Of a stretch of 64,000 nt of DNA, positions 1 to 14,220 are shown piece by piece (position 1 is the first letter of the stretch; the number at the start of each line of letters is the position of its first letter). A program made the translations under genes and the position numbers. Below the pieces are notes generated by a model. The model searched no databases. It worked only from the letters and a program-made list of their open reading frames with translations, and was not told where the DNA came from. The DNA lies in the NCBI GenBank assembly GCA_965112735.1, contig OZ218950.1, positions 4,650,001 to 4,714,000 of the forward strand, read 5' to 3'. This stretch comes from Phaeosaccion multiseriatum (Eukaryota; Protista; Ochrophyta, other classes).

Positions 1-5
1 GCGTA

Positions 6-1711
6 TCAAGGTCGCCAATTCCTCTTTCGTAAGCTTCTGAGTTCCTCGAAGCCGCCCCCCATGTCTCCCAAGGCGAGCTGCCAGAAACTCACCTCCCCTA
101 GAAACTGTAGCTGCTTTCGGCTCAGGGAATGCGACTCCAGTTCCTTAAACAGCTTCTCTGTGTCACCGATGCCGCCAGTTGATGTACCGTTTCGCACGAG
201 AAGCAGGGCCGCTGAGGTTGTAAGGGCCGTGTTGCCTGGTCCTACCTCAACGGGCAGCTCTGCAGTCACCCACTGGAAGCGTAAGTTCTCCTTGTACGCT
301 GTGGTCACGCGTGGGTCGTAGGAGTAGAAGGAGGTCGAGTACTCGCTAATGGCTTTCTTCTGAGCGGCAATCTGAACAGGGGTGGGGACAAGGAAGGAGG
401 GCGAAGAAGAGAGGCGAGGCGTCTTCATCCAAAGCCGCAGAGAGTAGCGCAAATGAGACACAACCGAAGCACACGAACCTGCTCTTGTGACGTTTTCTTT
501 CTTCTTCTCCGCCTCCTTGTACGCAGCTTTCATCCGTTTCTTCTCCTCCCATCGCACTGCACACAGATGCCTTGTCCCCACCATGACAAAGTTGTCCTCC
601 AGGCTGGTGACATGCACAGCCCGCTGCGGCGCCGTCCATCCATTAGCTTGTACACACTTTGACGAGGCATGCCATGCGCAAAGAGGCTGCCGATGGTCCT
701 CTCCAAGGTTGTGGAAGATGTGGGGGGGCCAGACAAACACGTCACGTTGGGCGTACCCTCCCACTTGAGACTGGCGGCTTACCGTCGGGGCCCTGAAGTA
801 GGGAGATCCCCAAGTAGACAACCCTTTCTCTGGATCCTTTGCCGCCTGGAGTGCTACCTTGATGAACTCAGTCTGCGCTGGTGGTCTATTCTTCGTCCCA
901 AACCCTCCCCCACCACAACCGCCCCCCTCCTCGCCCGTATTACCATCCTCCTCGTCCTCATCCTCGTCGTTCTCACCCCTGTTAGCACAAAGAAAAGATG
1001 TAGAAAGGGGGCGAGAGCAACAGGGGCAAGAAAGTGTGTCAAGGTATGTACAGAAAGGGCGGCGAAGAGGCGATAATTGAGAACGTACCGCTTAGACGTG
1101 CGACCAAGGGGCGGCGAAGAAAACCCTACGAAGTGGTCACCACTTGCACCATCTACCCTGTCTGCGCTCGAAGACATGTCACAGCCCTTCTTCTTCCTCT
1201 CCTCCATCTCCTTCTTTCGCTTCTCTTCCTGCTCCGCTGGGAGCAGGAAATCCTCATCAATTCCTTTTATAGCTGCACCAATCAACCGCTTCTTCTCGCT
1301 TATACCCTTCGAGGGCCGGCCTCGTCCTCCTCCAGTTTTGTAAGCATCTTCTAAAGTCGCCTTCTGGTTGAGCAAGTCCTGCCTTGCTGCCTGCAATTGT
1401 TGCTTTCCGCCTCTCCTCTTGTGCTGCGGCGATTGTTGCAAGCTCAGCCTCCACTCTCGCTTGAGTGCCAGTTTTCGAAGCGGTCGCTGGTTGTGCCGCC
1501 GCAGCGGCTGCATCTGCCAGAGCACCGGCTTGCGTCCAAGTCTCGTCGTCCCAATCACTGGCACTGTCATTGTCGTCGTGCGCTCCTGCGGCCTTTCCAC
1601 TGATATCCGAAGAGCCCTGTGCGCCAGAAATCTCTTCAGGACTGTCACAAAGGTGGTGCTGTTCCATCCTTTTGTGTGCTGCCCCGCTACAGCTTCTTCA
1701 TTCTCCTCCAT
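6..1711 (-). pseudogene. Degenerate DUF6729-like, probably transposon-derived, coding region
   Basis: ORF 6-821 contains DVFVWPPH...PLCAWH...C..NGW..PQRAVHV...FVMVGTRHLC...SFYSYDP, which resembles the Cys/His-rich DUF6729 pattern from memory. Coding-like sequence upstream (854-1711) is split across reading frames, implying frameshifts. Confidence 0.45.
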
Positions 1712-1941
1712 TTGTCTCTGCTGCTGCTGGTGGTGTCATGGTTTGAAATGTTTGATATGTACCTCTCTTTGCTTGACTGCTGCTGCTACTACCAGCCCTG
1801 CCACCTTCCTGCCATGAGAAATCCTTCACTAAGCCATTACTACTGCTGGAATGTAGCAGTTGTGGTTTTTTAAGCAGCGTTGACCTCCTTAGAGGAGGGG
1901 GAAGGAGGGGGGGGAGCAGAAAAATATAGGAAAAAAGTCGC

Positions 1942-1994
1942 TCCACGGACCAAAAAAAATCGATCCACGGACCAAAAAAAATCGATCCACGGAC
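1942..1994. repeat. 22-bp tandem direct repeat TCCACGGACCAAAAAAAATCGA, two copies plus a partial third
   Basis: Seen directly. Lies just upstream of the decayed locus; may be a subterminal repeat. Confidence 0.85.
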
Positions 1995-2111
1995 AGGTCG
2001 ACACTATAAAAGTGCGCCTCTCCCTCCTAATAAGTCAATAAAGTAGCGACCCCGCCGCTCAAAACCAAAAACAATAAAACAATAAAGGCCAGGCAAGGCG
2101 TATATATATAT

Positions 2112-4483
2112 ATGGAAGAGTGGGGAGTGGGTGTAGAGGACAGGCTTCTCCCAGGCTCGTCTAAGCCTGACCCACGTGTCGCTCGCGTCCTCCTTGTGGG
2201 AGATCAGGCGGTGGGGAAGACCTGTCTTGCGGAGTTGCTCAGCAGCAGCAGTAATGCGGCTGGAAGAGGTGGTAGGCGAGGGAAAAGGAGACCTCGGCCT
2301 ACCATCGGGTGCGATGTGACCTGCCATCAGGTGGTGAGCAATGGTGAGCTCCAGCGGGAAGGATGGGTGGAAGTATGGGAGGTGGGTGGCCATACGAGTT
2401 GCAAAGACGACCGGCACATCTTCTTCAAAGAGCAGGGCGGCATTAACGGTGAGTACGTCTCCTCGTCTTCCTCTCGTGTGTATGTAAGCTAAAGCCTAGT
2501 CGATGGCACGCTGCTCTCAGGGGTCATGCTCGTCTTCGATCTGGCGAACCCGAGATCGCTGCTGACGCTGGTAAGTTGTGGAAGGAAGCAGCACCTTCGT
2601 GTGGAGACACTGTTGCACTGCTGCTTTTCCTGAGGCAGGACGGAGGGGGGCGTGAGGTGAAAGGTGTGAGCGGTATGGAGCATGCAGTCAATCAGTCGTC
2701 GTTGCCTCATCATCCTCCGCTCTTTCCTCTTGTGGTACCACACTAGGACCCTTGGCTGGACGAGCTGCTCTCCAATGGGCTCGAATTGGATCTGGGAGAG
2801 CTTCCTGACTACAGACAAAGCGATCACCACGGAGCAGGAGGTAGGTCTATCGACCTACAGGGAAACCTCACCTATATATCTCTCTCTCGTGTCCCTCATC
2901 TTGAACTCAAAAGATATTATCTCTCTCTCTCTCTCTCTCGCTCTTGCTCTCTCTCTCCTCGTGTTATTGTCCAGCATGCACCTCTCGACTTCCCTTTGTG
3001 GCGATTGCCAATAAATGCGACGCCCCGGCAGCGGGCCTCTTCGGTAGCGAAACAGGAGGGATGATGCCGAATAGCAGTGGTGGTGTAAAGGGCGTGCCTC
3101 GGCAAGAAAGCCTCTTGGTCTCACTCTTACCTCGCCTGCCTGCCCGATTAAAGGGGAAAGCAAGTGGGGGAGAGTCACTTGTGGTGCTGTCGGTGAGAGC
3201 CGAAGGGTGTAGAGGGGCAGAGAACAGCGTGGTGCTCTGCGAGGAGGAGGATAGAGAGAGAATGCCCACCAAGTTGTGCTAACCAAGTCTCTGTCCCATC
3301 CTGTCCACAGCAACACCCACCACCCCCCCCCCCTCCACACTCGAATATGACCTGGCCAACGAACCAATTGGTTCTCATCATCCACCCTTCACTCACAGAC
3401 TTCAATGGGAGCGGACCCTTCGACGGTTCGCAGCTCCTTTGACGATTTCTTTGCCCGGGCTCTTGCCCACCGCGAGGAGCAGTGCTCGGAGTTCGTAGGT
3501 GAGGGCGAGCGGGCCCACAGGACCTATGATACGTGGCAGTCAGTAAGATGGGCCGACCGCGTGTGCCACAATAACTTAAACCGCCTGTCCTCTCCGAACG
3601 CACGCAAGTGTGTAACGCATTCGTTCGAGTCAGACGAGGCTCTCACTCACTCACTCACTCCACCCCCCCCTCTCTCTCCTTCTCTTATCCCCTCTCTCTC
3701 TCTCTCTCTCTCTGATCTCCCACTTGTCCTGCTTCACGTCCGTGCCCTCCTTCACCAGAGGCAGCGGGAGAGGTCTCCGACAGGTCCGACGACGACGCCT
3801 TCCCCAATGTGCCCCTGCCCGTGTACATCCCTCCAGGGGGGGGCTCTTTTGGGGACTACGAGTATACGCCAGGCAGCTTGGGGCCGAGTCTGAGGGCCCG
3901 GGGATGGAGTAAGTCCGTTGGAGGTGTTGGACGAAAGCCTCTTGAGTTTGTGGCTGGGGGGGAGGGAGGGAGGGAGGGCGGGGAAAGGAGGGAGAAGGGG
4001 TTGATTATTGCTGCTTGTAACGACAGGGAAAGGCATCAGGGAGTGTATATGGGGCCAACGCAGACCAACGCTATTGTACTCAATGGGGCTTCTTACCCCC
4101 GCCTTTTTTCCTATGCTCTGTCCGCAGGCCGAGACAGCCGAGGCGACTCCTTCGACAGAGGCGAAAGAGGCTTCAAGACGGCCGGAGGGGGGCGGGCGTC
4201 AGGCGGTGGTACAGCAGGCAGCGGTAGTGACGGCTTTGGCTTGAGTATGGGTGCCCCTACACCCCCCCACAGCAGCGTATGGAGGGATAGCTCGGCCGGC
4301 TCTGTAGGAGGAGGCGGCGGTTCGTTCAAAGCATTTCCCCCCTCCCCCTTTAGACGCGCGAGTAGTAGCGAATGCTTTGGTACAGACGATGCTTCTGCTT
4401 CTTCTTCTGCGACGGAAGCCTCACTGATGTCGTTGAGCTCTTCGCGCCTGCCTCGACCCGGGAAAGGCGAAAAAAGATATTGA
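2112..4483 (+). CDS. RABL3: Rab-like protein 3 (RABL3)-type small GTPase, multi-exon, with a long low-complexity C-terminus
   Basis: RVLLVGDQAVGKT P-loop, PTIGC, VEVWEVGGH, INGVMLVFDL and VAIANKCD (G4). GT-AG introns. Confidence 0.8.
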
Positions 4484-5177
4484 AGAAGTGATCATCATTT
4501 GTTCTACAGGATCCCAACCTTAACGGAGTGTTTGATTCGATAGCCTCTGCAGCAGGCGCCAAAACAGGACAGAAAGGTGGGGGGGAGGAGGGGAAAAAAA
4601 GGAGAGCCCTTTTACAAGTAGTGTGAATTTTAGGTTGGGGTGCGGGCCCACGGGTGTCGGGGTGTGTGCGACATTTTAGAGGGCGAGAAAGAAAAGACGA
4701 TCAGCAAGGTAAGGTGATCAACAGATGAGCAGCTGCTGCTCGGGGGTTGTGCAGCACCTGGATGCCTCTGTGTGGCTTTGCTCAGCAGCGCTTGAGCGCT
4801 TGGCGGGCGATCGAAAGGCGGGGAGGAACAAGGGCCTGTCCCAACCGCTCCTCAACCCCTTGCCTTTGCTCCGCACCATATGAAGCATCCCTAGGTGCAC
4901 TTGCCTTGCTCTCAATCGCGTGTCAGCGCACAAGGCGATTGGTGCCTACCCTTACTCGTGTAGCAGCAAGTCGCCTCCGCACTCCGACGTCTTCCCACCT
5001 CCCGGTCATTTTCCCGCGCTCTGTCCCTCCCCCCTGCAAGGCCCATTGCGCCGCTCCAATACTCTTCAGCGCGCGGATAGAAGGCCGGTGCCATACTGTC
5101 GTCGCCTCCCTACGACTCCGGGCACCTGCGAATCCCTTGGGAATCCCTGTGGCCCTCATCGACACGAACGGAGTATC

Positions 5178-8100
5178 ATGGCAAAACCACAAGGGGGTGG
5201 CTCGCGGAGGCGGGCACAGCAAGAGAGGGCCGCCTGCTGCAGCAGCGACAAGGCCACGTAAGCTCTACGGCGGATCCCCCTTTTCTTTTCTCTTTGATTG
5301 AGCTATCCATGCTAAAATGCCGCCCTATTGCCTGTGCCTCCACCTGTGCCTCCGCCTCTGCCTCCGCTCTCCTCGTCACATCATCATCGTAATGCAGCGT
5401 GGATATTCTCCAGGATTGTCCATCATCGTCGGATGAAGATGATCAATCGATGGTCATCGCCGACAGAGAGAACACTCTGCCGTCTCCTCCGCACGTCTCC
5501 GACGTTGGCGCCAACAAGAAAGGGCGGCAGCACCGGCAGCAGCAACAAGAGCATCATCAGCAACACCATCATCACCACGCCTCGCCCTCGTCCTGCCAGA
5601 GCAACGCCACTCGGCACCTGTGCGCAGGTTGCTCGGAGCCCTACCCTCAACCACAAGAGGAGGACCACTCTAAACAAGGAGCCCTACTCACGCCGCCACC
5701 GCCGCCAGGCAAGCGCTGGAGTGCCGCCTCATGCGTTCTTGCAACAACGGAGACGACACCACCGAGCAAGAGGCTCAAGATCTCTCTGCCCCGCCTGAGT
5801 CTCCTAGTGGGCCCCAAGGAGCTGCAGCAGGAGATATTTCAGCACCTCACCGTCACCTGTTGGCTCCTGCTTGCTCAGGTGCGAGACGCACACGCGCGTC
5901 GCTTTTGCTCTTCCTCTTTGCTTGCCACTTGGTTTTGTCGCGCGCTTTGCTGATAGAGCCACGAAAGAGGAAAAGCCCGAGGTCAGCGAGGACGAGGGTA
6001 GAGGAGTGTGGCTAGACATTGGTCTGGGACGAGCGTATCAACCAAGCGCCTCGCTGTTCCGCCTCCAAGCCGCCGACCCTCTGATGCCTCAAGCACCTCC
6101 CCCGCCCCTCCCCTCCTACACGCCCACCTTCCCGCCTGCCTCTGTATTGTATTGCCTCTCTAACCTGTTACCCGTGTACCGCACTGCAGGTCTGCAAGAG
6201 TCTCTCACAACGGGCCGAGGAAGTGCTTCGCACCAGGCTCACGACGGTAGAGAGCGCAAGCCTCGGCTTGGCCACGCTTCAGCCTCGGCCCTCCGTTCAG
6301 AGCTCCAGGAATCTCATCAACATTGTGCTTTCCAGGGCCCAGCAGCTCCGTGTAGTGCAGGTAGTGGACTGTACTGACTTGGCTGATTGATTGACTGGTT
6401 GACTGACTGACTGATGGACTAGCTCACTCACTGCCTCTTTCACTAACTGACTCTGATTGACTGACTGACTGACTGGCTGCCTCATTTACTCACTCGCTCA
6501 CTCACTCACTCACTCACAGGTCGAGCAGGTGTTCAATAACGCGCTTCTCAGGACCCTCGCCAAGTCGCTCGGCGCTGCTGATGCTGCTGCTGGTGCTCGT
6601 GCTGGTGCGGGTGCGGGTGCGGGTGCGCCGCCTTCGCCTTCAAGAAAGGGGGGCAAGAGCAGGGGGGGTGCTTCCTTGTGCAAACTGCGCTCGCTGAGCC
6701 TGCCCAAGTGCGAGGACGTCACGGACGACGGGTTGCTTGCCTTGGCCGCAGCCCCCTACATTCGGAAGTGAGTGCAGGTGTTCGTTAGGCAGGATCGAGA
6801 TGGACTGAGCGAGCGGCGAGGGAGTCGATGCATGTAGCCATGGACATGGCCTGTCTGTGTCTCTTTGGTTGGGCTTGCTGTATTAAAAAAGCTTGCCTGC
6901 TTGCCTACTTACTTGCTTGCCGCCCGCCGTCTGACCTTCGTACCGCTACTGCTCTACTGCTATGCTCCGCCCAGGCTTCTCCACCTAGACCTGGAGCAGT
7001 GCGTCAATGTGGGATGCAGAGGTCAGCAGTACTCCCCGCCAGCGCGTGATCGCGGCCCTTCCTTTGTCCGGCCTGCCTCAACGGCTGTTGTCCCTGCCCT
7101 TCTCCCTCCCTAGTCCTCCCTCCCTCCCTCCCTTCCTTCCTTCCTTCCTTCCTTCCTTCCTTCTCTGCATTGCTGACCTGTCTCCGCTCTTCTTTCCTCC
7201 GCCCTTCTCCAACAGGTCTATCGGCACTTGCAAGAGCTGTGCCCAACCTCGAGTAAGTGAAAGATACTTTGAAGTATAGCACTCCTCACCCCTCTTCCCT
7301 CGGTCCGCATGGATACTGTACCTGCGCCCAGGGTGACCGGTTCTCAATGGCTCCTGCTTCGTCCGTGCTGCGCTCGTCCTCTCTGCCCTTCCCATCCCAC
7401 CCTCAGGCTCTTGCACCTCAACGGCTGTTCTCTTGTCAACGTGAGTAGAGATAGGCTTTTTCGTCTCAGGTTACCGTACCGCACCGCTTGAGTACCACCG
7501 CCACCACCACCACCACCAGCAGCAGCAGCAGCAGCAGTAGCAGAGGCAGCAGCAGAGGCAGCAGCAATGCTCCTTCTCATTGAGCCAACCCTACCCCAAC
7601 CCCAAAACCCCAATCCCCACTCTCCACTCCCAATCCGACCGCTTTCCCCCTTTCCATTCCCTGCCTTCCCCTCCCCCCCTCCCTGTCTCTCTCAGGACGA
7701 GGCCCTGCAGACTTGTGTGGCCTTGTGCCCCCGCTTGGTCAGCATCAACGCCGAGTGCACGTCAGTGGGCAACGCCGCTGTGTGCACCATTGCCGAGCAG
7801 TGTCCGAACCTCAGAGAGCTCTGTCTCAGAGGCAACATGGCGGTCCAAGACAGTGGGGTGCTGGTGAGTAGGGAGTGAGTGAGTGAGTGAGTGAGTGAGT
7901 GAGTCAGTGAGTGAGTGAGTGAGTGAGTGAGTGAGTGAGTGAGTGAGTGAGTGAGTGAGTGAGTGAGTGAGTGAGTGAGTGAGTGAGTGAGTGAGTGAGG
8001 GAGTGAGTGAGTGAGTGAGTGAGTGAGGGAGTGAGGGAGTGAGGGAGTGAGTGAGTGAGTGAGTGAGTGAGTGAGTGAGTGAGTGAGTGAGCGAGCGAGC

Positions 8101-10794
8101 GAGAATGAAAAGTGAAGGGGTCCCCTCCCCTCATTCAACCGTCGAAGTGCCGTGGCCTCACCCTTTTCTTTCTTCGACTTACTTCACCTCCCTGCGGCTC
8201 TGCGACGGTTTCTTGTCTGTCTTTGCTTCAGGCCCTGGCGAGGGGCTGCGGAAAATATCTTCGATGGCTCGGCTTGCCCGGGTGCCATCACCTCGGGGCG
8301 GCCGCTTTTGAAGCCATAGGGAGGTTTGTGAGGGATTTGACGGCTTCGGTGTTTTCCTGTGTACTGCCTCATCTCGAAAAGATCACCTCGAACAAGACTG
8401 GTTGATAGCCCCTCTGCTCTCGGTCCCCACACGCGTACGCGCACACATACTCTCGCGCCTCGCCCCCCCCCTCTACCCTGCAGATCCATGCCCCGCCTCC
8501 GGTACGTGGACGTCGAGGATGTGCCGGCCTTTGGAGACGCAGCGGCCGCCCGAATCGCCGAGGGCTGTCGGGAGCTGGAGGTCGGTACTCATGCATAGCG
8601 AAAGACTCACATGGCACCGTTTACACAAGATCTGCCGGCTAGGGTATTGGAGCAGGGATAGAGCTATGTTGCTCATCATTTTCTCACATTGTTTTCTTCC
8701 CTTCTCATCTCAGTTCATCGCCACGGATCAGTGCTACCAGCTCACAGACATCGGCGTCAGTGTCCTGAGCAGCAGGTGAGGCCAGGCAGTGACCGGCTTG
8801 AGTGTCTGAAGTGTATGAGTGGGACTCCCACTCAAAGGCATGAGGACCACCGGATTGCCTCGCGAGGGCGCGTTTCCCTCACGACCTCACGACCTCACGA
8901 CCACACCCCACTACCGCTTCGCTTCCCTTTGTTGCCTGTGTTTTGCGGTGTGGCCTTCTGTCAGTCTATCCTCTACTCTTTACGAGGTTATGCACAACGG
9001 CTGCACAGCGTTGACGGATGACGCCCTCATTAGCCTCGCCCGCAACGCCCCGAAGGTGAGCCAACAAAGCCCCTCGCTGTTGTACTGGGGCTCGCGTCCT
9101 ATAATGTACTCTTTCCTCTTCTCACCTCTTGCACGCTCCCTCTCTCTCCTCCCCTCATGTCTCCCCTCCCCCAACCCGACCGTCCGCCTGTCTCTCGCCT
9201 TGATTTGTGGCAGCTCACATACCTGGGCATAGAGGGCTGTGTGCGCATCACAGACAGAGGCCTAGCCGCTCTAGGCACCCACTCGGCCTCCCTCCACACA
9301 GTTGGACTCAACCACCTCCCTCTCATCAGCGACGAGGGGGTGTCACGCCTCGTCCAAGGCTGCCAGGAGCTCAAGGTCCTGTACTTGAACTCCACAGGTG
9401 AGTGAGATTGGTCGTGTGGAAGGGAGGAAAGTGCGCGGCTCTCGTCTGCCTTACTGATGCGGTCGCTTCGTATCTCTACACACCTTTGTATTGGTTGACG
9501 GGTCACTTCCTGCTCGTCCATGATAAAGCGACTCCTGGCTATTGCTGTCTAAGTATCGACGATAGAGGTGGAACTGCTGCACACACCTGACTTTGAAGCC
9601 TTGGCGCGCCACCCTCCTTCTCTGCTTAGCTACTCTATTCATCCCTCGATTGCTCCCTCCCCCTCCCCTTCCCTCCTTCTTTGCCTCACCTTCTTTGTCT
9701 TGTGAACACAAGCTCTGACCAACGTGGGTTTGCAGGCCATCGGGCAGTGCCTACCCGACCTGCACAAGCTCGGTCTGAGCAGCTGTGCGGGTATTACCAA
9801 CTCCGGCTTGGCCACACTCGCCGCTGCTCTGCGCTCCCTCACCCACATCTGGGTGGATCTGGCACCGCAGGTGAGAGCTGACAGTCGTGAGTGGTGTCGC
9901 ATATCACTCAGTCCCCACACGGGCGGGCGCGACGCCAAGCAAGCCTTGGCAGCCGCAACCAACTTACCACACCACTCCCTTACTCCCTCACGCACTCGCT
10001 GTCGATTGCCGGCATGTCGCGCTCGCTCCCTACAGATCGACGGGCAGGCAGTGTGCCACCTGTTCTGCTCGCGCTGTCAGGTTTGTTATTCGGCTCGACT
10101 CAACCCCACGCCTGCGGAGGAGGGGGTGGAGAACGAAGCTGAGGCGCAGTTGGACGTTGGAGCGATGCCGGCTACCCAACAAGACGAGTACGAGCACGAT
10201 ACACGCTCTCACGCGGAAGAACAAGGCCTTGACGAGGAAGCGCAGCCCCCCCCCACCGAGAGTCACAGTCACCCTCATTATCCCCAAGCCGTCTCGGGGG
10301 GAGGAGCCGTGGATTTGGAGGGGGGGGGAGAGAGCGAAATGGACGAGGCCAGCGACGAAGCCTCGGTCACGGCGGAAGATCATGAGGAGGAGAGCGAGAA
10401 CGAGGACGAGAAGGAGAACGAAAAGCCGAACGAGGAGGAGGACGAGGAGGCGGACGAGGAGGAGGCAGATGTGGGCCTCGTCTTGCATTCGTCTCGTGGG
10501 AGACGTGGTGGCTTCGATGGCAGCGACGCTGCGGCGGGGCAGGCCTCGAACAGGGCAAGCAGCAGCACCCCAAGAGCCTTGGAGCCTGAGCTGCAGTCTT
10601 TGGATATCGGCGAAGAAGGGATTGAAGAGAACGGCGGGGGTGCCCTTGAGGCAAGCTCAACCGCTGAGCAGCAGCCTGAGCAGCAGCAGCAGCAGCAGCA
10701 GAGCGGCGGGGGGGGGCGGGCTCCGCTCGACCTTCTCGCCAGCGTAGCGCGTGGTCTGCCATTGATGCCCATCGATCTGGGAGAGAATAGGTAG
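5178..10794 (+). CDS. F-box/leucine-rich repeat protein (FBXL type), many exons
   Basis: F-box-like PKELQQEIFQHL...LAQ followed by cysteine-containing LRRs (LRSLSLPKCEDVTDDGL, LTYLGIEGCVRITDRGL, LHKLGLSSCAGITNSGL) and an acidic tail. First exon from ATG 5178 joins the next in phase through intron 5258-5397. Confidence 0.85.
7864..8092 (+). repeat. (GTGA)n intronic microsatellite beginning at the splice donor
   Basis: Seen directly. Confidence 0.95.
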
Positions 10795-11212
10795 ATACGC
10801 GGATACGCGGATAGCAGTCTTTCTGGGGGTAGCGTCGTGATTTTGACTGATTGATTGATTGATTGATGATAGACGTAGTGACCCTCCTTCCTCTTGGGGG
10901 CGGAACGGGCATGCGTGTGGGCGAGAGGGGAAGGAGATATGCCATGTCTGGAGCTTTGGAGGGGAGAGATTATTGAGCCGATGGGATCAGAGGGCACCCG
11001 TTGCCGTCTATCCATGAGCTGCCATCCACCTTTCTATTTCCCTCGTGCACGCGTCCCCCCTCCTCCCCACCTTGACACTCTCGTCTCACACACACACCCA
11101 CACACACACTTTCAGTTTCAGTTTCTCAGGTGATTCCTCTTAAGTCAATATATGTCCCTTTCCCTCAGCAGTGTGTCGTGCAGCTCAAACTCTGATTGCC
11201 CGCGCGTGTTAG

Positions 11213-11261
<49 letters not shown>

Positions 11262-11475
11262 ATACACATATAGATAGGAGGTAGGTGCCTTGGTGCAAAT
11301 ATAAAAGACACACTTCCGGCACTGCTGTATTACAAGCTTTGATCGCGCCCGATGTGTACCAGACGGCCTCGAACAGCCGAGGGGGGGCTCAACAGAGCAC
11401 TGCGTCAAGACAGCGAAAACAGGGAAACAGTGACGAGACAACAACTCGCGTGGAAAGAAAGCACACCCCTGCTCG

Positions 11476-12774
11476 TCACCCCTTCTCTTCTCCTGCCCCT
11501 CCTCCTGCTGCTGCTGTATCACCAACTACAGCAACTTTTGGTGCTACTTGTGATGCAACGGGGGGTCGCACTGTGGGGCCCAACCAACCTCCAATACATG
11601 GTGGCTCTTTCTGCACCGCTGCTGCTGCTGCTGCTGCTGCTGCGACTGCAGTAGAGCCAGGCAAGACGGCTGGGGCGGGGGCAAGGGGTGTCAGGACGGA
11701 GGAAGCGGAAGGGATGCACGCTCTAGCTCGAGCGAGCTTGGCCTGGAGCTCGTTCTCCTCGTCGTTGCGCAGCCCAGTGAACATACTGTAGCTGGGCAAT
11801 CAGAGACAAACCACGAGGAGGAGGAGCAGCAGCAGCAGCAGCAGGAGGAGGAGGAGGAGGAGGAGGAGGAGGAGGAGGAGGAGGAGGAGGAGGAGGAGGA
11901 GGATAAGGAGGAGGAGAAGCGATACGCCCTGACTCACTCACACGCCCGCCCCTGGCCTCTCTCTGTCGCGTACTTGCCACACACTCCACTCCACTCCACT
12001 CCACTCACTCATGCACTCACTTACTCACTCACTCACTCACTCACTCACTCACTCACTCACCGATACGCGAAGTTGAAAATGGCTCTGCCCACCTCGTGGG
12101 GTTTGTCTTCGTGCAAGCTGTGCCCCGCCCCATACACCACCACGTTTTGGAAGTGCTTTTGGCCGTAGTTGAGCTCTGTATCTAAGCGGTCCATCCCGGC
12201 CACCATCAGCATCTTGAGTGACAGGGATGGAACAGAATGGGATGAGAGGAGCACGAGCGAGGACTGAATGAGTCCGGCAACGAACGGCCCGAACAACCAA
12301 CTTTCCTATAAGCCGCGTTACCCCACTACCGCATTGCCTACCTTATGCTGCTTGAGACTCAAGAACATGCTGGACACTCCAAGGAACCAGCCTCGCCAGA
12401 AGGGCTCCCAGCGGCGGAGGTCTACCCGCCACCTCACCCTCACGCCTTCTCCTCCTAGGTGCGGCGTTCGCTCTTCCTTTCCTTCCTCCCCTTCATCCTT
12501 GACATCAACTTGACTTTGCTTCTGCTCGTGCTCCTTCTCCTCCTCGTCCTCGATGTCTTTGTCATACTCGACTTTGGCGGTGTCGACTTTCTTGTTCTCG
12601 ACCTTGGTCTCGAGTTCCTTGCTCTCGAGGCTGTCGTCTTGCATGTCAACAAAGCGCGAGGGGACGGTGAGGGCAGCAGATGCCTCACAGCGAATGGCAC
12701 CTGAGGACACATGCCACGCCACCGCTTCATCCATACAGGGGAAGGAAGCGGGGATGGTGTCTAGTACCTGAAGG

Positions 12775-12809
<35 letters not shown>

Positions 12810-13922
12810 GAGGAGGCGAGAGGGTCATGCCATGGCACAAGGAACGCAGAGCGCCAACAAAGCCAAGCTTAGCTAAAGCGAAGCAATAGAGGACAGTGCT
12901 GCCCCTTCCTCTCCCTCCACCTCACCACTCCTCACTGACTTACATCGCGCATGTTCTTGAGCGACGCAAGCGCTGTTCCTTCGACCATGTCGATGACCAC
13001 GACGCCCTTCACCTGGTCCTGACACCTCATTTTCTCTCGAGCGGCAATGCGCACGGCGAGGGCGCCTCCGAGACTGTGTCCGATGAGCAGCACACCCAGA
13101 CTAGAGAGGGGCAGATGGTCGTCTATGGCAGGGGCGGACGCCTTTGGCCCGTGCTGGTGCTCTTCTTTCGGGGGGTGGCACCTGTCCATCTCTTGTGGCG
13201 AATCTCCTGGTGCTCCTGCTATTGGTGCATCTCTCGCGGCCGCCTCAGCTGCCGAGCGAAGTGAAGGCAGCGGGGATTGGGCTGGGTCTAGAAGGGCGTC
13301 GAGGAGAGTCTCCATGTCTGCACACAGTCCCTCTGCAGACTTTTCAGTCCCGAGTGGCGATGTAGGCGGCAATAGGGGATGGGGTGGAGGAAAAAGGGGA
13401 GAGGAGGGTCAAAATGGGGGCGGGGTCGCTAGGCAGGCAAGACACCAAAAGTGATGAAGGCCCTTCATGGTGAATAGCTCGTCGGAAGTGAGGCAATTGG
13501 TCGCGGAGTCTGTTTTTTCACGTACCATGTCTTGAGGGTCTGCTGATGCCTCGACTGGTCCCTCTACGCCCCTACTCGTGACGGTTTGACCATGGCCTCG
13601 GAGGTCGGGAGCCACGAGGCAACATTGCGTAGAGAGATGCTCGGCGAGGGGTGCCCAAGACATGCCTGATCATTTGCAATAGTGTGGAGTAGGGCAAGGA
13701 TCCAAAGTGGGTGGCGAACAATGAGTGTAAAGCGATACGGCCAGGTGCGATAGAGGTCAAAGACGCAGAGATCTTCGGGGAAGGGGTTGGAGGAGAGCTC
13801 AGACCTGTGAAAGCGCCCCCGTGCAAGAGAAGAGCCAGCCCGCAAGAGAGCTTCTCCAAGCCTTTGACATAGCAATGGAATTTAATTCCACGTGACGGCG
13901 AGTCGAATGTGAAACTCTGCAT
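11476..13922 (-). CDS. PPME1: Protein phosphatase methylesterase 1 (alpha/beta hydrolase); 5' end uncertain
   Basis: LLHGGAFTGLSW, APDLRGHGQT, LIGHSLGG nucleophile, VIDMVEGTAL, W.GWF.G.S..FL, AGMDRLD and GHSLHEDKP motifs across exons. Confidence 0.9.
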
Positions 13923-14220
13923 GTTCACTCTATGAATCTGATCGTGGAACGCCCTTTATACTCCCAGCATCAGTAGCTTTCCTCACGTCCTACCCATCCT
14001 CATTTTGGCGAAGCAGACGGAGGAAGATTATGTATTACACCCTTAATGCCAAGAAGGAATGATTGTGGTGAAGTTCACGTGTTGTGCGCCAGATTCTCAG
14101 ATGACGACGACGCGTGGAGTCAGCTAGATCGATGCTTTTTTCCCTTTCCCGCCCATTCCTTCCTGCGTCGGCACCATGCGCTGATAGTAGTGCGTTGGGG
14201 TTGTCGAGTCGAAAGGTGTA

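Noticed and set aside
4718-5170. Overlapping short ORFs upstream of the F-box gene
   Set aside because: No motifs; likely promoter or UTR sequence.
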